This document shows positions 21,815 to 34,844 of a stretch of DNA of 64,000 bases, one piece after another. The stretch's first letter is position 1; each line of letters starts with the position of its first letter. This stretch comes from Torpedo marmorata (Eukaryota). The DNA lies in the NCBI GenBank assembly GCA_977017645.1, contig OZ360255.1, forward strand, positions 4,030,001 to 4,094,000. The letters are read 5' to 3'. Made by a program: the position numbers and the translations under genes. The notes below the pieces were generated by a model. It had not been told where the DNA came from. It searched no databases and saw only the letters and a list, made by a program, of their open reading frames with translations.

Positions 21815-22873
21815 AGTGCTGATAATTGTTATGGAAATGCTCCATTCCGTAATACTGTATTGACATTCCTGTCATTCTATTGGGAAAGATTAACAGGGAA
21901 AATCATAAAACAGAAAGAATAAGAACTTGATGTGTTTTATTATAATATTTGAATGATTGGTCTACTTATCCTAAAAAGATACGATTCCCTGTTTTCATGT
22001 TAAAAGTAGCCGGTGATGGTTACATAATGCAGTTGTACAGTAGGTTTGTGTACAGGTAATTTCCTGGTATTTCACCAACAAATCAATGCATGTTATCAGT
22101 TTTAGATATAATTCAGGTGCTCGCTCTGTCCAAAAACCTTTTTTTACATTAAAAAAATGTTTGATTTAATTTGTCATAATTAGACAAAAAAATTTAGTAA
22201 GTGAGCCACACTGAAAATTAAAAAAATCCAAACTGGAAAAGGTTTTTTGTAAACTAGTACTGATGCGATATTTAAATTGAATTTTAGAAAATGTGCAGAT
22301 GCTGAAACTGGAATAAAAATAAAATGCCGGAAACACTCAGCAGATCAGGCAGTATCTGTGAAAATCTAATGTTTGATGTTGAAGACCTTCTAAAATGTTT
22401 GCTCTGTTTCTTTCCACAAATTCTGCCGGACCGGCTGGATGTTTGCTAGATTTGCACTTTTATATTAGTGCTGATGTGTTTATTTTAGCGTGCTTATTGA
22501 AAAAGGTTTCTTTTTACAACCAAGCTTGCTTTGCCATTTTGAATTGGATTGTAAGTTTTTCATCATGTCTATATTTATTCCAGTTTCTAAATCTGTCCTA
22601 AGGTGTCCAAAATAGTAATTTGATTTTTTTTGTCAGAAATCTCTTGTTCGTGGAATACACTATCGTCTGTAAACTCGCATGCCTGAGGTGCAAGGCTGTA
22701 GTGTGTATTTGCAGTTTATTTCTCATATCAAAGTTTCCTGTGTGACTGCGGTGGTCCTTATCCTAATTATTTAATGATCCACACAATAGAAAAAGTTTGT
22801 AATGTGGGAGAAAACCAATTCATCTGCAGCAGTTGTGTCTCCACCAAATTAAATCTAATCCTAATACTGTGTA

Positions 22874-23465
22874 CAGTATGTTTCCGATTATCCGAAAACC
22901 ACTTAACTGAAAATCTCAGTTATCCGAAAAAAAATTAGGCGGCAACATGACGTCACAAGTTGGGGAAAAAAATTTCACCCGACGTGCTCATGTGGGGCTC
23001 TGACGCGCTGTTAGCGCCAGTTTGGTAAGAACAGAGCTCAGAACCAGCCGGGAAGGCAGACGCTGAACGTCTGGATGCCGGCTCAGAGAAGCAGGCTGGA
23101 ATCTCGAGCCATCAGTGAGCAACTGGAGGAAGTCGGTGGGTCAGGCAGCGCATGGGGAGATTGTCCTCGTTTCAGGTAACTCCCTCCCCTCTCTCTTTCC
23201 ATTTCTTCTTTACCCTCCACTGTACTTGGTTCTCCGCTGTCCCGGCGTCATCAAGGAGAGCGGCCTCCCGGGCAGGAGCGGGGACCTCGGGCTCCCGGGC
23301 AGGATCGGCGACGGCAGTGGGGAGGTGTCAGGGATCGGCGATGGCCGATACAAGTATTCTACTGATGCTCCTGGGCTGCTTAAAGACCATTTCTCAGTAT
23401 CCTAAAAATCGGATTAACCGAAAAACGTCCGGTCCCAATCATTTCAGATAATCGGAAATGTACTG
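22874..23465. mobile_element. Tc1/mariner-pogo (Tigger-like) MITE with GC-rich interior
   Basis: TA TSD. TIRs cagtatgtttccgattatccgaaa and tttcagataatcggaaatgtactg. Confidence 0.85.
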
Positions 23466-24199
23466 TATTGTTGTCTGTCATCAAACATTTATCCAATTTC
23501 TCCTTTAAAAAAAAACAAAAAAAAAAAAACTTATTATTTCGGATATGGGTATTGCCTGTATGGTCAGCACCTATCAACCATCATTAACCATCACCCACCA
23601 CGGACTCTCGGAACCTGTGAAGAGACTATCTCTTGCTTCTCTTTCTCTTGTTAGGAGCGCCAGGCTATGCTAGTGGCGCATCTTTAGGGCAGGCAAGAGT
23701 TGACAAATTTTGTGTATTATTTCATCCTGTGTATTATTTCATGACAAAAAAGGAATCTTGATAATTGCTCATGAAAAGATGATGAGCCATTACCTTGATA
23801 CAGTTGTTGAAGTCTCAACAGCTTTCTGTGGAAAGCATTCGCTGGAAATTTTCATTGTTGTCAACCTTCTCTCACTGTCCCCTATCTCCCCCACCCCACC
23901 TCCCTGCATTCCATCACAGCAAAGTGACTTTAAATTGAAGTCTTCTTATTACTTATTCATCAAAGGAAATATCTATTTCTCCTGCCAAAGTTCTTTTAAA
24001 GGAAACTCAACAGGTGTTTTGGTCAAATCTGATTCGGTGGAAATAGTCCTTGCACCCCATATCTACCTGTGAAATTAACAGTAACTTTTAGTTCATTATC
24101 ATTCATCTAAATGTTATTGGATATGACTTTTTGACATTCTTTCTATAATAGTGTATTAGAAGTGGCATAAAGCACTCAAGCTGTGACCTAATCTGCATT

Positions 24200-24336
24200 G
24201 ATGAAGGGCTCAAGCCCGAAACGTCGGTTATGTATTTCTACCTTTGCTACATAAAAGACACTGTTTGACCTGCTGAGTTCTCCAGCATTTGTGTTTTTTA
24301 CTTCATCCACGGTGTCTACAGATTTTCGTGTTTACT
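24200..24336 (+). mobile_element. Penelope-type element with the best-preserved hammerhead-like core, 8-bp TSD
   Basis: (tt)gatgaagggctcaagcccgaaacgtcggttatg... TSD tctgcatt at 24192-24199 and 24337-24344. Confidence 0.8.
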
Positions 24337-25295
24337 TCTGCATTTAATAATGTTGGGATACAATCTGGGAGGCTCAATTTTGCATTTTCATTCATGTACT
24401 GTATGTTAATACTATAGAATGCGGGGGTTAATATAATAAAATATCAAATGGATGATGGTAAATATTTTTGAAGAAGCAGTATGGTCTACTTTGGTTTTGA
24501 GCAAAAATGGGTATGGTGACTTTATTGAAGATAAAACAAATTTTGGAGTCGGTGGGGGAATCTTCCCTGCTTACTGAAATGTAAACCAAGCTTATTAAGT
24601 ATAATAGCTCATGGGCATAAATTCCAAAATTTTGGTGTATGTTTCTGAATAATTCCAGTTTGCAACAGGCCATAGTACATTATTGACAAATTTGCCTAGA
24701 ATGATGGTGATTAAAATAATCCAAACTAAATGGCATTGCAGCGTTATTATTATTTAATTCTGTTTGAGTTGATTTCAGATTGAACATAGCCATCATCTCT
24801 ATTTCGTACCAATTTTCTTTCTCTCTCCATTGATTGCATTGATTCATTCACAGTTATGTGAATGCAGATGTGTTTTGATAATTATTCATGTGGGAATCAA
24901 GGCTGTGATTATTAGCAGGGTACCCAGTTGCAGGAAGAGACCGTAAGAGAGCCATCCTCTCTTGTAAAGTTATATAGAAGTTAGATTCTGAAAGCAGGCT
25001 CTTCAATTTGCGCGGACATTTTTCCTCTGTAAGACGATAACTCTAATTACTTTAGCTGTATCTATTTAATCCTTTTTCTTGGTCTTTTCTACCTAATCTC
25101 ATTTTAAATGAATGTTGCTAAATAGTGTACAAGTGAGTTAGGGAGCCTCATCTCTGCAAAGTTTTGTTTAGGTGCTTTGTATTTAATTTTGCATGTATAA
25201 TCCCACGTTCTTTCCACAATGTGAATCATTTTAAATGTGTTTGCCTCCATCATTATTTTTATAGTGGGGGTAAAAGGCTCATGTTTTTATGTCTA

Positions 25296-25539
25296 TAAAG
25301 GTAAAGGTTCCATTATTGTCACGTAATACTACATTTAGAATGTAACATACATGAAATTCTTTAATTTTCTGTCTACCGTAAGGCAGACAGAGGGTCTGCT
25401 ATTTTGTCCAGCGCCCCTCACAGAAACCTACAGCACCTGGTGTTCCTTGGCGGTCTCCCCTCCAAGTACTGACCAGTCCTGTGCCTGCTTAGCTTCCGAG
25501 ATCAGACAATCCCAGTCGTATTCAGGCTATTGGTGCTGT
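25296..25539 (-). mobile_element. 5S rRNA-derived SINE (SINE3 type)
   Basis: Minus strand of 25424-25539 reads gtctgatctcggaagctaagcagg...tggtcagtacttggaggggagaccgccaaggaacaccaggtgctgtaggttt, aligning to vertebrate 5S rRNA (box A, IE, box C). A 128-nt tail follows, ending tgacaataatggaacc(tttacc). Confidence 0.88.
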
Positions 25540-27175
25540 CTATCTAGTATTCTTGATTCTGTTTGGTGGTGGCACTAAATTTGTTTCGATGTCATTTCAG
25601 TTAAATGCAGAATTTAGTTTTTAAACCCAGATTATTCCTGGTTTGCACACTGAGTTGTTTGCTGACATAAGTAACTGAAAAATTAGTGTGGTTTTTAATT
25701 TGAGGGGGCAAAACTTGACTTTTTAAAAAAAATGAGTAGACAGCATTGTGTTGAATTTGTATCATCTCTTGAGTATAATTTAAATTCCAAAAATGCTTTG
25801 AGAATGATCAATCTTATTGACAAATACAGTGATGACAGGATAGATGGCAGAAAATGTTAAATTGATAGATTCTGAGGAGTATATTTAAATAAGAGGGAGT
25901 AGTAGAAAGTTGGAGAGTTAAAGAAGTAAAACAGCTAAAATATCAGTCATTGGGGCTGAGTATTTTCATAAAGAATAAATAGTACAAAAATGCAGAATTG
26001 GAAAGGCAATGTGATCTTAAAGATTTGACTTGCTTTCACACACAAGGCGGCCATTTGGCCCATCAAGTCTGTGATGTTCTCTACAAAGCAATTGAAAAGT
26101 CCCAATTTCTCCTTTATTTCACTGCAGTTTATTCTCTCTTGCATCCTCTGATTTTTGCCAAATATTTGCACTAAGAGATAACGGGCCAATTAACTTTCCC
26201 CGTATTAACCTGTGCTTCTTTGGGATGAGAGGAGGGTGCGGGGAAGAGCAGAAACTCTTGGTTTTGGGCTGAAGGATGTTGCAGATATAGGGAATGAAGA
26301 TTTTTAAACTCGTTTTTTTTTTGAACCAGGATTTATTGTAATTACAAAGCACAAAGGTAATTATTAAGTAGGAGTATGTGTGTTAAAATTTGTTCAGCTA
26401 CTGTTAGATTGAGAACAAGTTATTGTAGAATAGAAGATTGGAATAGCCATGTCCAAGGTTAATGTGTGTATGTGCTCAGATGGAGTAGCTCTGTGTTTTG
26501 GAGATGGTGATAGCAGATATGTGATTCAACACAGCACAAGTTTCAAGAATGGACTGACTTGGTTTCTTACAATTGGCAGAGATAAAGATGGAAACTTGTC
26601 ATCAGTCAATGGAGTTTTCAGAGGGGTCAGAATGACAGTGGTTTCCCTCTTACCAGTTGAGGAAGTGCATGCAATACAATAAACTAGCAAATCTTGTCCA
26701 ATGTGGCTTTGCAAAAGATCGTGTGTCACATCCAAGAAAAAAGAATTTTAAGAAATTGTCTTTGATTCTGCAGAGTTGCTTGTTAAAAGATGGAATTAAT
26801 TATCAGCTGCAGGCTGGTATTGAATTAGTTAGCAACAGTCAACTGGATAACAATCAGGGGACAGATTTTTTTTCCCCCAGCCCTGGAATGCCAAAGACAT
26901 TAACAGCATCACTGTACTTAGTCCACATGATGGAGCTTGGGTGCCGAGCAAAAATTGTATCGGGGTTTTCTCCAGACTGTGGATCAAAGTTTTACTGTGC
27001 AGAGTATTAATGGGTGAAGGAAATTAGATTGAAACATGTTCTAAACCATGCCCTTTCATGCTGCTGTGTCATTTGCCATGCTTTGCTTTGTAAAACTTAT
27101 TTGTGTTACAACATAGTCTCAATTGTACAGAAATTCTTAGATAACGCTGATCTCCATGATTTTAGCAACACCTCT

Positions 27176-27422
27176 GGCGGCACGGTTGGTGTAGCGGTTA
27201 GTACAACGCCTTTACAGCGCCAGCGATCGGGACCGGGATTCGAATCCTACGCTGTCTGTAAGGAGTTTGTGCGTTCTCCCTATGTCTGCGTGGGTTTTTC
27301 CTGGGGGCTCCGGTTTCCTCCCACTGTTCAAAACTTATTGGGGGTGTAGGTTAAGTGGGTGTAAATTGGGTGGCACAGACTCGTGGGCCGAAATGGCCAG
27401 TTACCGTGCTGTATGTCTAAAT
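27176..27422 (+). mobile_element. tRNA-derived V-SINE (HE1-like)
   Basis: Colinear with 4892-5142 (A/B boxes, V-domain, tail). Confidence 0.85.
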
Positions 27423-27519
27423 TTTCATTTTTAATTTTAAAAAAAATTATGTTTAGTTTGAAAAGGCCATAAATATTGGAATAAAATTACTTTCTCTGCA
27501 AAATGGCTTCTTTCTATGG

Positions 27520-27738
27520 GCAGTGAGACTGCTGAACGACTGAACTGCTCACACAAATACTCCGAGACTCTGCTATTGATGAAACAATATTTATTTATTT
27601 TTATGTATGTATATACGTATCGTTTGTATGTGTGTTATGTCTGGATGTGTGTTTGTATGTTTTTGCACTGAGGACTGGAGAACGCTGTTTCGTCGGGTTG
27701 TACTTGTACAACCAGATGATAATAAAATTGAACTTGAA
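27520..27738 (+). mobile_element. Rex1/Babar LINE 3' tail
   Basis: gggcagtgagactgctgaa...tgtacttgtacaa...aataaaattgaacttga. Same tail as 39262-39300 and 39800-39925. Confidence 0.7.
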
Positions 27739-28585
27739 ATGGGAGAAATGTTTGTCGCAACATTATTTGGAGGCTGTTACAATTATCAGCTAAAGCTTCT
27801 TTTCAAGAATGAATTACTTTTGTAACATGTTAATTTTGCTAAAAAGCAAAGAAAAGCATGCATAAATCTGTAGTCTAATAACCTGAATAATATTTTAGGC
27901 ATTGGGGAAGAAAGTTGAACTTTTTAGGACTATTAAAGGACTCCAACAAAAATACAAACACACCGTAGTTATTTTTTTGTGTATGGATTTGAATAAATTT
28001 CAATTGTTGTGCAAGTTGTGGGCTTAGAGTAAACAAGATGTATAAAGCTTTTTATGATTATTTAAACCCAGATTTGGTTGAGTAGGGACTATCCATGTTT
28101 CTTAGGCTAAACTTATTGAATGAAAATGCTGAGTGCCCAACTCCTTCCGTGATGCCAAGGCTTGATATGATGTAATCTGGTCGCATAAATGAACTAGACA
28201 AACCCCACCTACAAACTTGCTGTCAGAACATTTGACAGGCAACAAGGCCATGGTGCCCAATTTGCTTTTGTAACGAATCTGAATGTCCCTCATATTCACT
28301 TTTATTTTCAAGGTAGCAGCTAAAACATTTTTATGTTCTTAAAATACTACTGCAAATGCAGTTTAAATGTAACCTTCTTGTTGCCACAGCTACAAAGCCT
28401 CCATTGCAATGAATGCGTTACTGCTGGGTCTAACTTGGTGCAAGATCCATGAGAAGATTCCCAAACATAAATGTTGTGAAATATCTGGAAGTTTGTGCTC
28501 TGTCACTGGACTACATGTGAATTGGTTAATACATTTGGAACTTCTGTGTTTGGCATGGATACATTCCAGTAATTTGCCATGAAAG

Positions 28586-28821
28586 TTTAAATTTAAATTT
28601 AGACATAAGCAGGGTAACAGGCCCTTTTGGCTCATGGGCCCATGCCGCCCCATTACACCCAACTGACCTACAACCCCCGATTAAAAATTTTTGAACAGTG
28701 GGAGGGAAACTGGAGCACCTGGAGGAAACCCATGCAGACACGGGGAGAATGTACAAACTCCTTACAGACAGTGCTGGATTCGAACCGGTCGCTGGCGCTG
28801 TAACAGCATAGCACTAACCGC
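28586..28821 (-). mobile_element. V-SINE split by an LTR-like insertion (remainder at 36395-36414)
   Basis: SINE sequence stops at gcactaaccgc (28821) and resumes as ccgcgaggctaactatgcg at 36395. Confidence 0.8.
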
Positions 28822-29160
28822 TTGGATTGTGGAGGGTCACATGGCGTCTCCGCCTGGAACCTAGTGGGAGTGTGGATTGCGTGGCCTCTCTGTCTGGAAC
28901 CTGGTGGGAATGTGGATTGTGAAGGGTCATGTGTCCTCTCCGGCTGGAGTCCAGTCGGAAATCACCTCACCTGCCAATCAAGTGTTATATTTGCCCACCT
29001 GTGAGGCTGATGCGTGGTTAGCCCTTGCAGCTGACGTGTGATTGGTCCTCCAGGTGCCAATCAATGGTTAGATCTGCCCACAGGTGAGGTTGACGCACAA
29101 TTGGTCCTTGCAGGTCACGAGGATGGGGTCTGCATTGAAAAAGCCTAGCATGTTCGTTCA

Positions 29161-29322
29161 CTCTTTCGCTCCCCCTCTCGCTCCCCCTCTCGCTCCCCCT
29201 CTCGCTCCCCCTCTCGCTCCCCCTCTCGCTCCCCCTCTCGCTCCCCCTCTCGCTCCCCCTCTCGCTCCCCCTCTCGCTCCCCCTCTCGCTCCCCCTCTCG
29301 CTCCCCCTCTCGCTCCCCCTCT
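29161..29322. repeat. 12-bp tandem repeat (ctcgctccccct)n running into an assembly gap
   Basis: About 13 copies directly visible, followed by 100 N (29323-29422). Confidence 0.95.
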
Positions 29323-29422
29323 NNNNNNNNNNNNNNNNNNNNNNNNNNNNNNNNNNNNNNNNNNNNNNNNNNNNNNNNNNNNNNNNNNNNNNNNNNNNNN
29401 NNNNNNNNNNNNNNNNNNNNNN

Positions 29423-29657
29423 GGTACAGGAGCCTAAAGACGAGCACTCAACGGCATAAGGACAGCTTCTTCCCCGCTGCCATCAGATTCCTGAATAATC
29501 AATGAACCAGACACTGCCTTACTTTTCGTGCACTATTATTCATAATTTTTTATAGTAATGTCGTAAGATGGTTATAATATGAATGTTAATTGCACTGTGA
29601 TGCTGCCGCAAAACACCGAATTTCATGACTTCTTCATGACAATGGATTCTGATTCTG
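29423..29657 (+). mobile_element. Rex1/Babar LINE 3' end (same young family as 3188-4493)
   Basis: Near-identical to 4252-4490, with a (ttctga)n tail. Confidence 0.85.
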
Positions 29658-30774
29658 AACTCCAGGCTGCATGCCATGGGCAACTCTGGAGGGCCAAATG
29701 CAATGGGCCTGTCCCAGATCCTGAGCCGTGTGCACTGTTTGTTAATGTGCTGTGCCTGCTGGAGATTGAGAGAGTTGGTGGGCACTGTGTGTTTAATCCT
29801 CACGTTCCCAATCAGGATTTGAGAATATTTAGTCGTGATTTATTCGCACTCGATGTGTAGTTATTTGTGTATTATTGCTGTGTATGTGTTCTGTTACAAA
29901 ATCAAACCAGCAACGACAGAAGACGCAATGCAAAAGGGGTAAAATTGAAATTACTATTTATTAAAGACAATTAAACATATAAATTCACAACAACTAACCC
30001 CACTATAAACGTCTATAAACACTATTCTTATCTAAAAGGTGTGTGTGTAAAGCCCAGACCATTACAGTCTGTGCCCAACCCTTATGTAAAAATGGAAAAA
30101 AACTTTCCCCAAAAACCCCAGGTCAGTCATAAAAAACAAGTCAGTCAAAAAAAAAAGGATAATACAGTCTACAAAATCCACTCTCTAAGTTCAGGCTTCA
30201 ACTTCAGCTCTGTGTCTGGTAGAAGTACTTCCGAATGAACGTTGGAGAGAGACAATGACTGTTTATGCTTACAAATACTTGTTTTCTTCTCTGATAACGT
30301 CCCCTTCTTGTATGTTCATAAGGATTGCAAGTTCCAGATCAGTATACCACTGATTTAGGCGTATGCTTAAATCTCACAGCTAGTCTCGCTGATCTCACAC
30401 CTGTTCTCCACAGAATTTGCTTTTTCTCAGAATTTCTCTCTGAGACAAGAGGCCATGTGCTCTTCTGCCAGTGATTTTCTCTGGCTTTCACAAGCCTGTA
30501 TTTGGCTGTGTCCTGTAGCCTTTGCAACTTACAACTGTCTGCTTTTCCTGCAGAAATCTGCACCTGCTTTTTGCAAAAGTGAAACAAATGTATCTTGTCC
30601 AGTCTGTCTCTCTCTGTCTGGGTACAACAAGAGTGCAACAATGTATCTTGTTTGGGTACACCAAGTAGCTGGGGAAGTTAACTCTTTCAGTACCTGGACC
30701 CAGTGTATACTCCAAAAGACTCATCCTTCCTGCTGACCGTCCGCAGTCCAAATGGTCAGTCATGGTCCATAACA

Positions 30775-30787
30775 CCTCCCACCCACA
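30775..30787 (-). promoter_or_regulatory. Polypurine tract
   Basis: Minus strand tgtgggtgggagg directly abuts the 3' LTR. Confidence 0.7.
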
Positions 30788-30906
30788 AAGGAAATTTTGG
30801 TCTGCAAGAACAAAATTTAGGAAAGTAATTGAGGTGTCAGAATATAAACAAAATCTACAATGTTCATCCACAAATACAAAATATGAACTATTTTCATTGA
30901 TAAAGT

Positions 30907-33732
30907 TTAACATCTAGAAAGACAATCCGCAATTACATTATCTTTCCCTTTTATATGAGTGATTATCAAATTATATTCTTGCAAAATTAGACTCCAATTC
31001 AACAACCGTCGATTCTTATTTTTCATTTTACAAAGAAAAACCAATGGATTATGGTCAGTATATACTATGAGTGGTTTTTGAGCTGTACAGATATACACAT
31101 CAAAGTGTTGTAGAGCCAACACGAGCCAACAACTCTTTTTCTATGGTTGAATAATTCCTTTGATGATCATTGAACTTCTTCGAGAAGTAGGATACCGGAT
31201 GGTCAATGTCCTCTTCATTCTTCTTCTGTAACAGCACCGCACCCACAGCTTCATCGCTGGCATCCACGGCTAAAGAAAACGACTGTTCTAAATTAGGTGA
31301 CTTAAGCACAGGTTGGTGGCATAACATGGCTTTCAATTTGACAAATGCTTCCTGACAACCTGTTGACCATACAAATTTTTCTTTCTTTCTAAGCAAATTT
31401 GTGAGAGGGAGCGCAAGATCAGCAAAGTTTTTACAGAACTTGCAGTAGTAGCCAATCATTCCCAGGAACCTCCTCAGAGTTTTCTTACCAGTTGGAACAG
31501 GAAACTCAGAAATAGCGACAACCTTTGCCTCTACTGGCGCCAACTGCCCCTGTCCTACTACATAACTCCGAGAATTAACAGTCCCATGACCCTCTCTGAA
31601 ACTGGTTCTATCTGTCTCCTCCTTACCCCTGTCAATAACCAGTACCTCTGGTACATTTTCAGTCCCTTTGTGTGGCACCTGTTCAAAATACGGCTTAATC
31701 ATAATCACATGACAGACCTGTGTGTCTCGTCTGCGATTAGGTGTTTCTATGACATAGGTGACATCATTAATTTTTGACTTAACTCTATAGGGTCCTGAAA
31801 ATCTAGCCCTAAGAGGATTTGAATGGATGGGAAACAGAACTAATACGTTCTCACCAGTTTTAAAAGTTCTCATCTTTGCCTTTCGATCATACCAAACCTT
31901 CATTCTCTGTTGAGTGGCCTTTAAATTCTCCTTTGCCATCTCACAAGCCCTATGCAATCGATCATTAAATTTGGAAACATAATCTAACAGATTTAAATGC
32001 ACATCACGATTAATCCACTGTTCTTTTAATAATCTTAAAGGACCTCTCACCTCATGTCCGAAAACTAACTCAAATGGACTAAAACCAAGTGAGTCTTGGA
32101 CAGACTTCCTCGCTGCAAATAACAACAAATGAACCCCCTCATCCCAATCCTTTTCCTTCTCACAACAATAGGTTCTAATCATGGTTTTCAAAGTCGAATG
32201 GAACCTCCAAGGCCCCTTAACTTTCTGGATGGTACGCAGAGGATACAATCTGTTTAACTCCTAGTGCATCAACCACTTGTTGGAAAACGCCTGACATGAA
32301 ATTACTGCCCTGATCTGATTGAATTTCCCTTGGCAAACCTACCAAGGTGAAAAACTTTACCATAGCCTTTACAATTGACTTTGCTTTTATGTTTCTCAGA
32401 GGAATGGCCTCTGGAAATCTGGTGGCTGCACACATAATTGTTAACAAATATTCATTCCCTGCTTTGGTTTTGGGCAATGGGCCAACACAGTCCACAATTA
32501 CTCTCGAGAAAGGCTCACTGAAAGCAGGGATAGGTTGCAAGCGTGCCACCAGGGGACCCTGATTAGGTTTACCCACCACCTGACAAGTGTGACAGGCCCG
32601 GCAAAAGATTACAACCTCCCTTCTCAAACTGGGCCAATAAAATTGTTTCATTATCTTCCTTATAGTTTTCTTCACCCCAAGATGACCACCTAAGGGTGTA
32701 CAATGAGCCAAAGTTATTATTGCATCCCTATATACTTTAGGGATCACAACCTGCTGCACTACTGCCCATTCTTCATTGGCAGGAACATCACGTGGTCTCC
32801 ACTTTCTCATCAACACCCCATCTTTTTCATAATAACCTACTGGCACCTTTTTAATCACCTCTTCAGAGAGAACGTTATCCCTCACCTCAACAAGATCAGG
32901 ATCGTCCTTTTGCCTTGCTATTAACTCCTGTCGGGATAGTGGTGTCTTATCAGTGGATGGGTGTAACATAGGAGATAGCTCAACCTTTTCCAGGTTTTCT
33001 TGATTATCAGTGTCTTTTTCTTTTACCAAGTTATTTTCCACTGCCTTCCCTACAGTGACATTTTTCTTAGACATGGCCCTGGTTATGGCACATGCCGGAT
33101 AAATATCAGTCTTTCTCTGACTTATCAATGACTGGCTTAGTGGTCATTCGCACTGCAGGAACTACTTTACCCTTGGCCAAGTCATTGCCTAACAACAGTG
33201 AGACTCCTTCTACTGGCAACTCTGATCTCACTCCTATTATAACTGGTCCTTCCACCACGTCTGAGTCCAATACTATTTTGTGCAAAGGAATGGACTCAAC
33301 TTCACCACCAATTCCTTTAATTAAATTTATGTCACCGGTGTCAGTAGCTTCACAAAATTCCAAGACACTATCTAACACAAGTGACTGAGCAGCTCCAGTA
33401 TCTCGCAAGATTTTCACTGGAACTTGTTTTGATCCTGCCTTAACTGAAACAAAACCATCAGTCACAAAAGGTTTAAATACATCTTTAACTTGGTCAGTAA
33501 ATTTATCTCCTTCCTGGGTGTTATGCATCTTCTCACTCTGAATACAAGCATTAGGTGTTGCATCCTTTTCTCTCTTCTTTTTCAACACTGGACAGCTTGC
33601 TAGCATATGACCAGCCTTCCTACAGTAGTGGCAAATGGGACCCGAATTGTTTCCCCTTTTCCACTTTCCTTCATCCCTTTCTTTAACACCACTTCCAAAT
33701 TTACTTTCCACTTGCTTCTGATTATCCACCAT
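30907..33732 (-). pseudogene. Gmr1-type pol region: zinc knuckle, aspartic protease, integrase, RT C-terminal remnant, RNase H
   Basis: CHYCRKAGHMLASC; ILRDTGAAQS; integrase HHCC (H..LGGHLG..CHTC), VDCVGPLP, SDQGSNF, GPY; LAVDASDEAVGAVLLQ, YSTIEKE, YTDHNPL, NVIADCLSR. Split over four ORFs by frameshifts. Confidence 0.9.
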
Positions 33733-33738
33733 GACCTT

Positions 33739-34759
33739 TTAGAAAATTCTACTTGACGTCCACTTAGGCTTGTAGGTTAAAGCATATTCATCTGCTAACT
33801 TAGCTGAATTTTGCCAAGTTTTTACCTCCTTTTCATCTAAGTATGCCTTAATATCCTCAGGAACACACCTTTTTATCTCCTCGATTATTATCAATTCTCT
33901 CAATTGATTGTAATCATTGTTTACTTCCTTAGATGTGCACCACCTGTCAAAACACACAACTTTTTCATAGGCAAACTCTGTATAAGATTGGGTTGCTGAT
34001 CTTTTTAAATTTCTAAACTTCTGTCTATAAGCCTCTGGAACTAACTCAAGCCTGAAGTATAGCCTTTTTCACCGTTTCATAATCAGCAGCTTGCTCTGTG
34101 GTAAGAGTAGAATAAGCTTGCTGAGCTTTTCCTTTTATTACACTTTGTAACATAAGAGACCATTGGTCTTGTGGCCATTTTAATTTCACAGCCACCTTCT
34201 CAAAATGTTGGAAGTACTTATCTATTTCTGCCTCCTCAAATGGAGGAACCAACCTAACTTCTCTACTAGCCAAAAACCCCTCAGCAGGATGACGAATTTG
34301 ATCTTGGCGCTCTTCTTGTCTCCTCTCATTTTCCAACCTCATCTTTTCCAGCTCATATTTCCTATTTTTCTCCTCGTTCTCATATCTCTTTTGTTCTCTG
34401 TCTATCTCCATGTCTAATCTCTTTCGTTCTAATTCCATGTCCAATTTCTTTTGTTCCAATTCCAATTTCTTTATTTCCCTGTCTGCCTCTAATTTCTTTA
34501 GTTCCAACTGTATGTTTTCAGAAGGTTTACCCTTGGGAAACTGCTCTAACATGCTCTCCTCAAACTTTTTTTCTTTTATATAGTATTTGACTATTTTTCT
34601 CCTAATCTCTGCCTTTTTCATAGATGGTTTTACAGAAGCAATGCCCAACTCTGTTGCTATAGCCACTAACTGTTCCTTTTTCGCCTTTTTTAAAGTATCA
34701 GGTTCAGGTGATTCCAAAAAATGTTCTACATCCATTGTTGCTGGTTTTTTGTTACACAC
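33739..34759 (-). pseudogene. Gmr1-type gag with coiled coil and SCAN-like capsid C-terminal region
   Basis: LVPPFEEAEIDKYFQHFEKVA..WP..QW, DYETVKKAIL, FDRWC...LRELIIIEE.KRCVP. Frameshift near 34046. Confidence 0.8.
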
Positions 34760-34844
34760 ACACTAGCTTTTAATTAGCTTTACAAAAGGAATGCCTTAAA
34801 CCAAACTGGGATTCCTTCAATTACCAAGATGGATTTTGATTCAA

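Noticed and set aside
25424-25539. Functional 5S rRNA gene
   Set aside because: Diverged, with an altered 5' end, fused to a retroposon tail, and dispersed rather than tandem. It is a SINE head.
29084-29447. (APPL)n or (EGER)n repeat protein
   Set aside because: Translation of a 12-bp tandem repeat running into an N gap.
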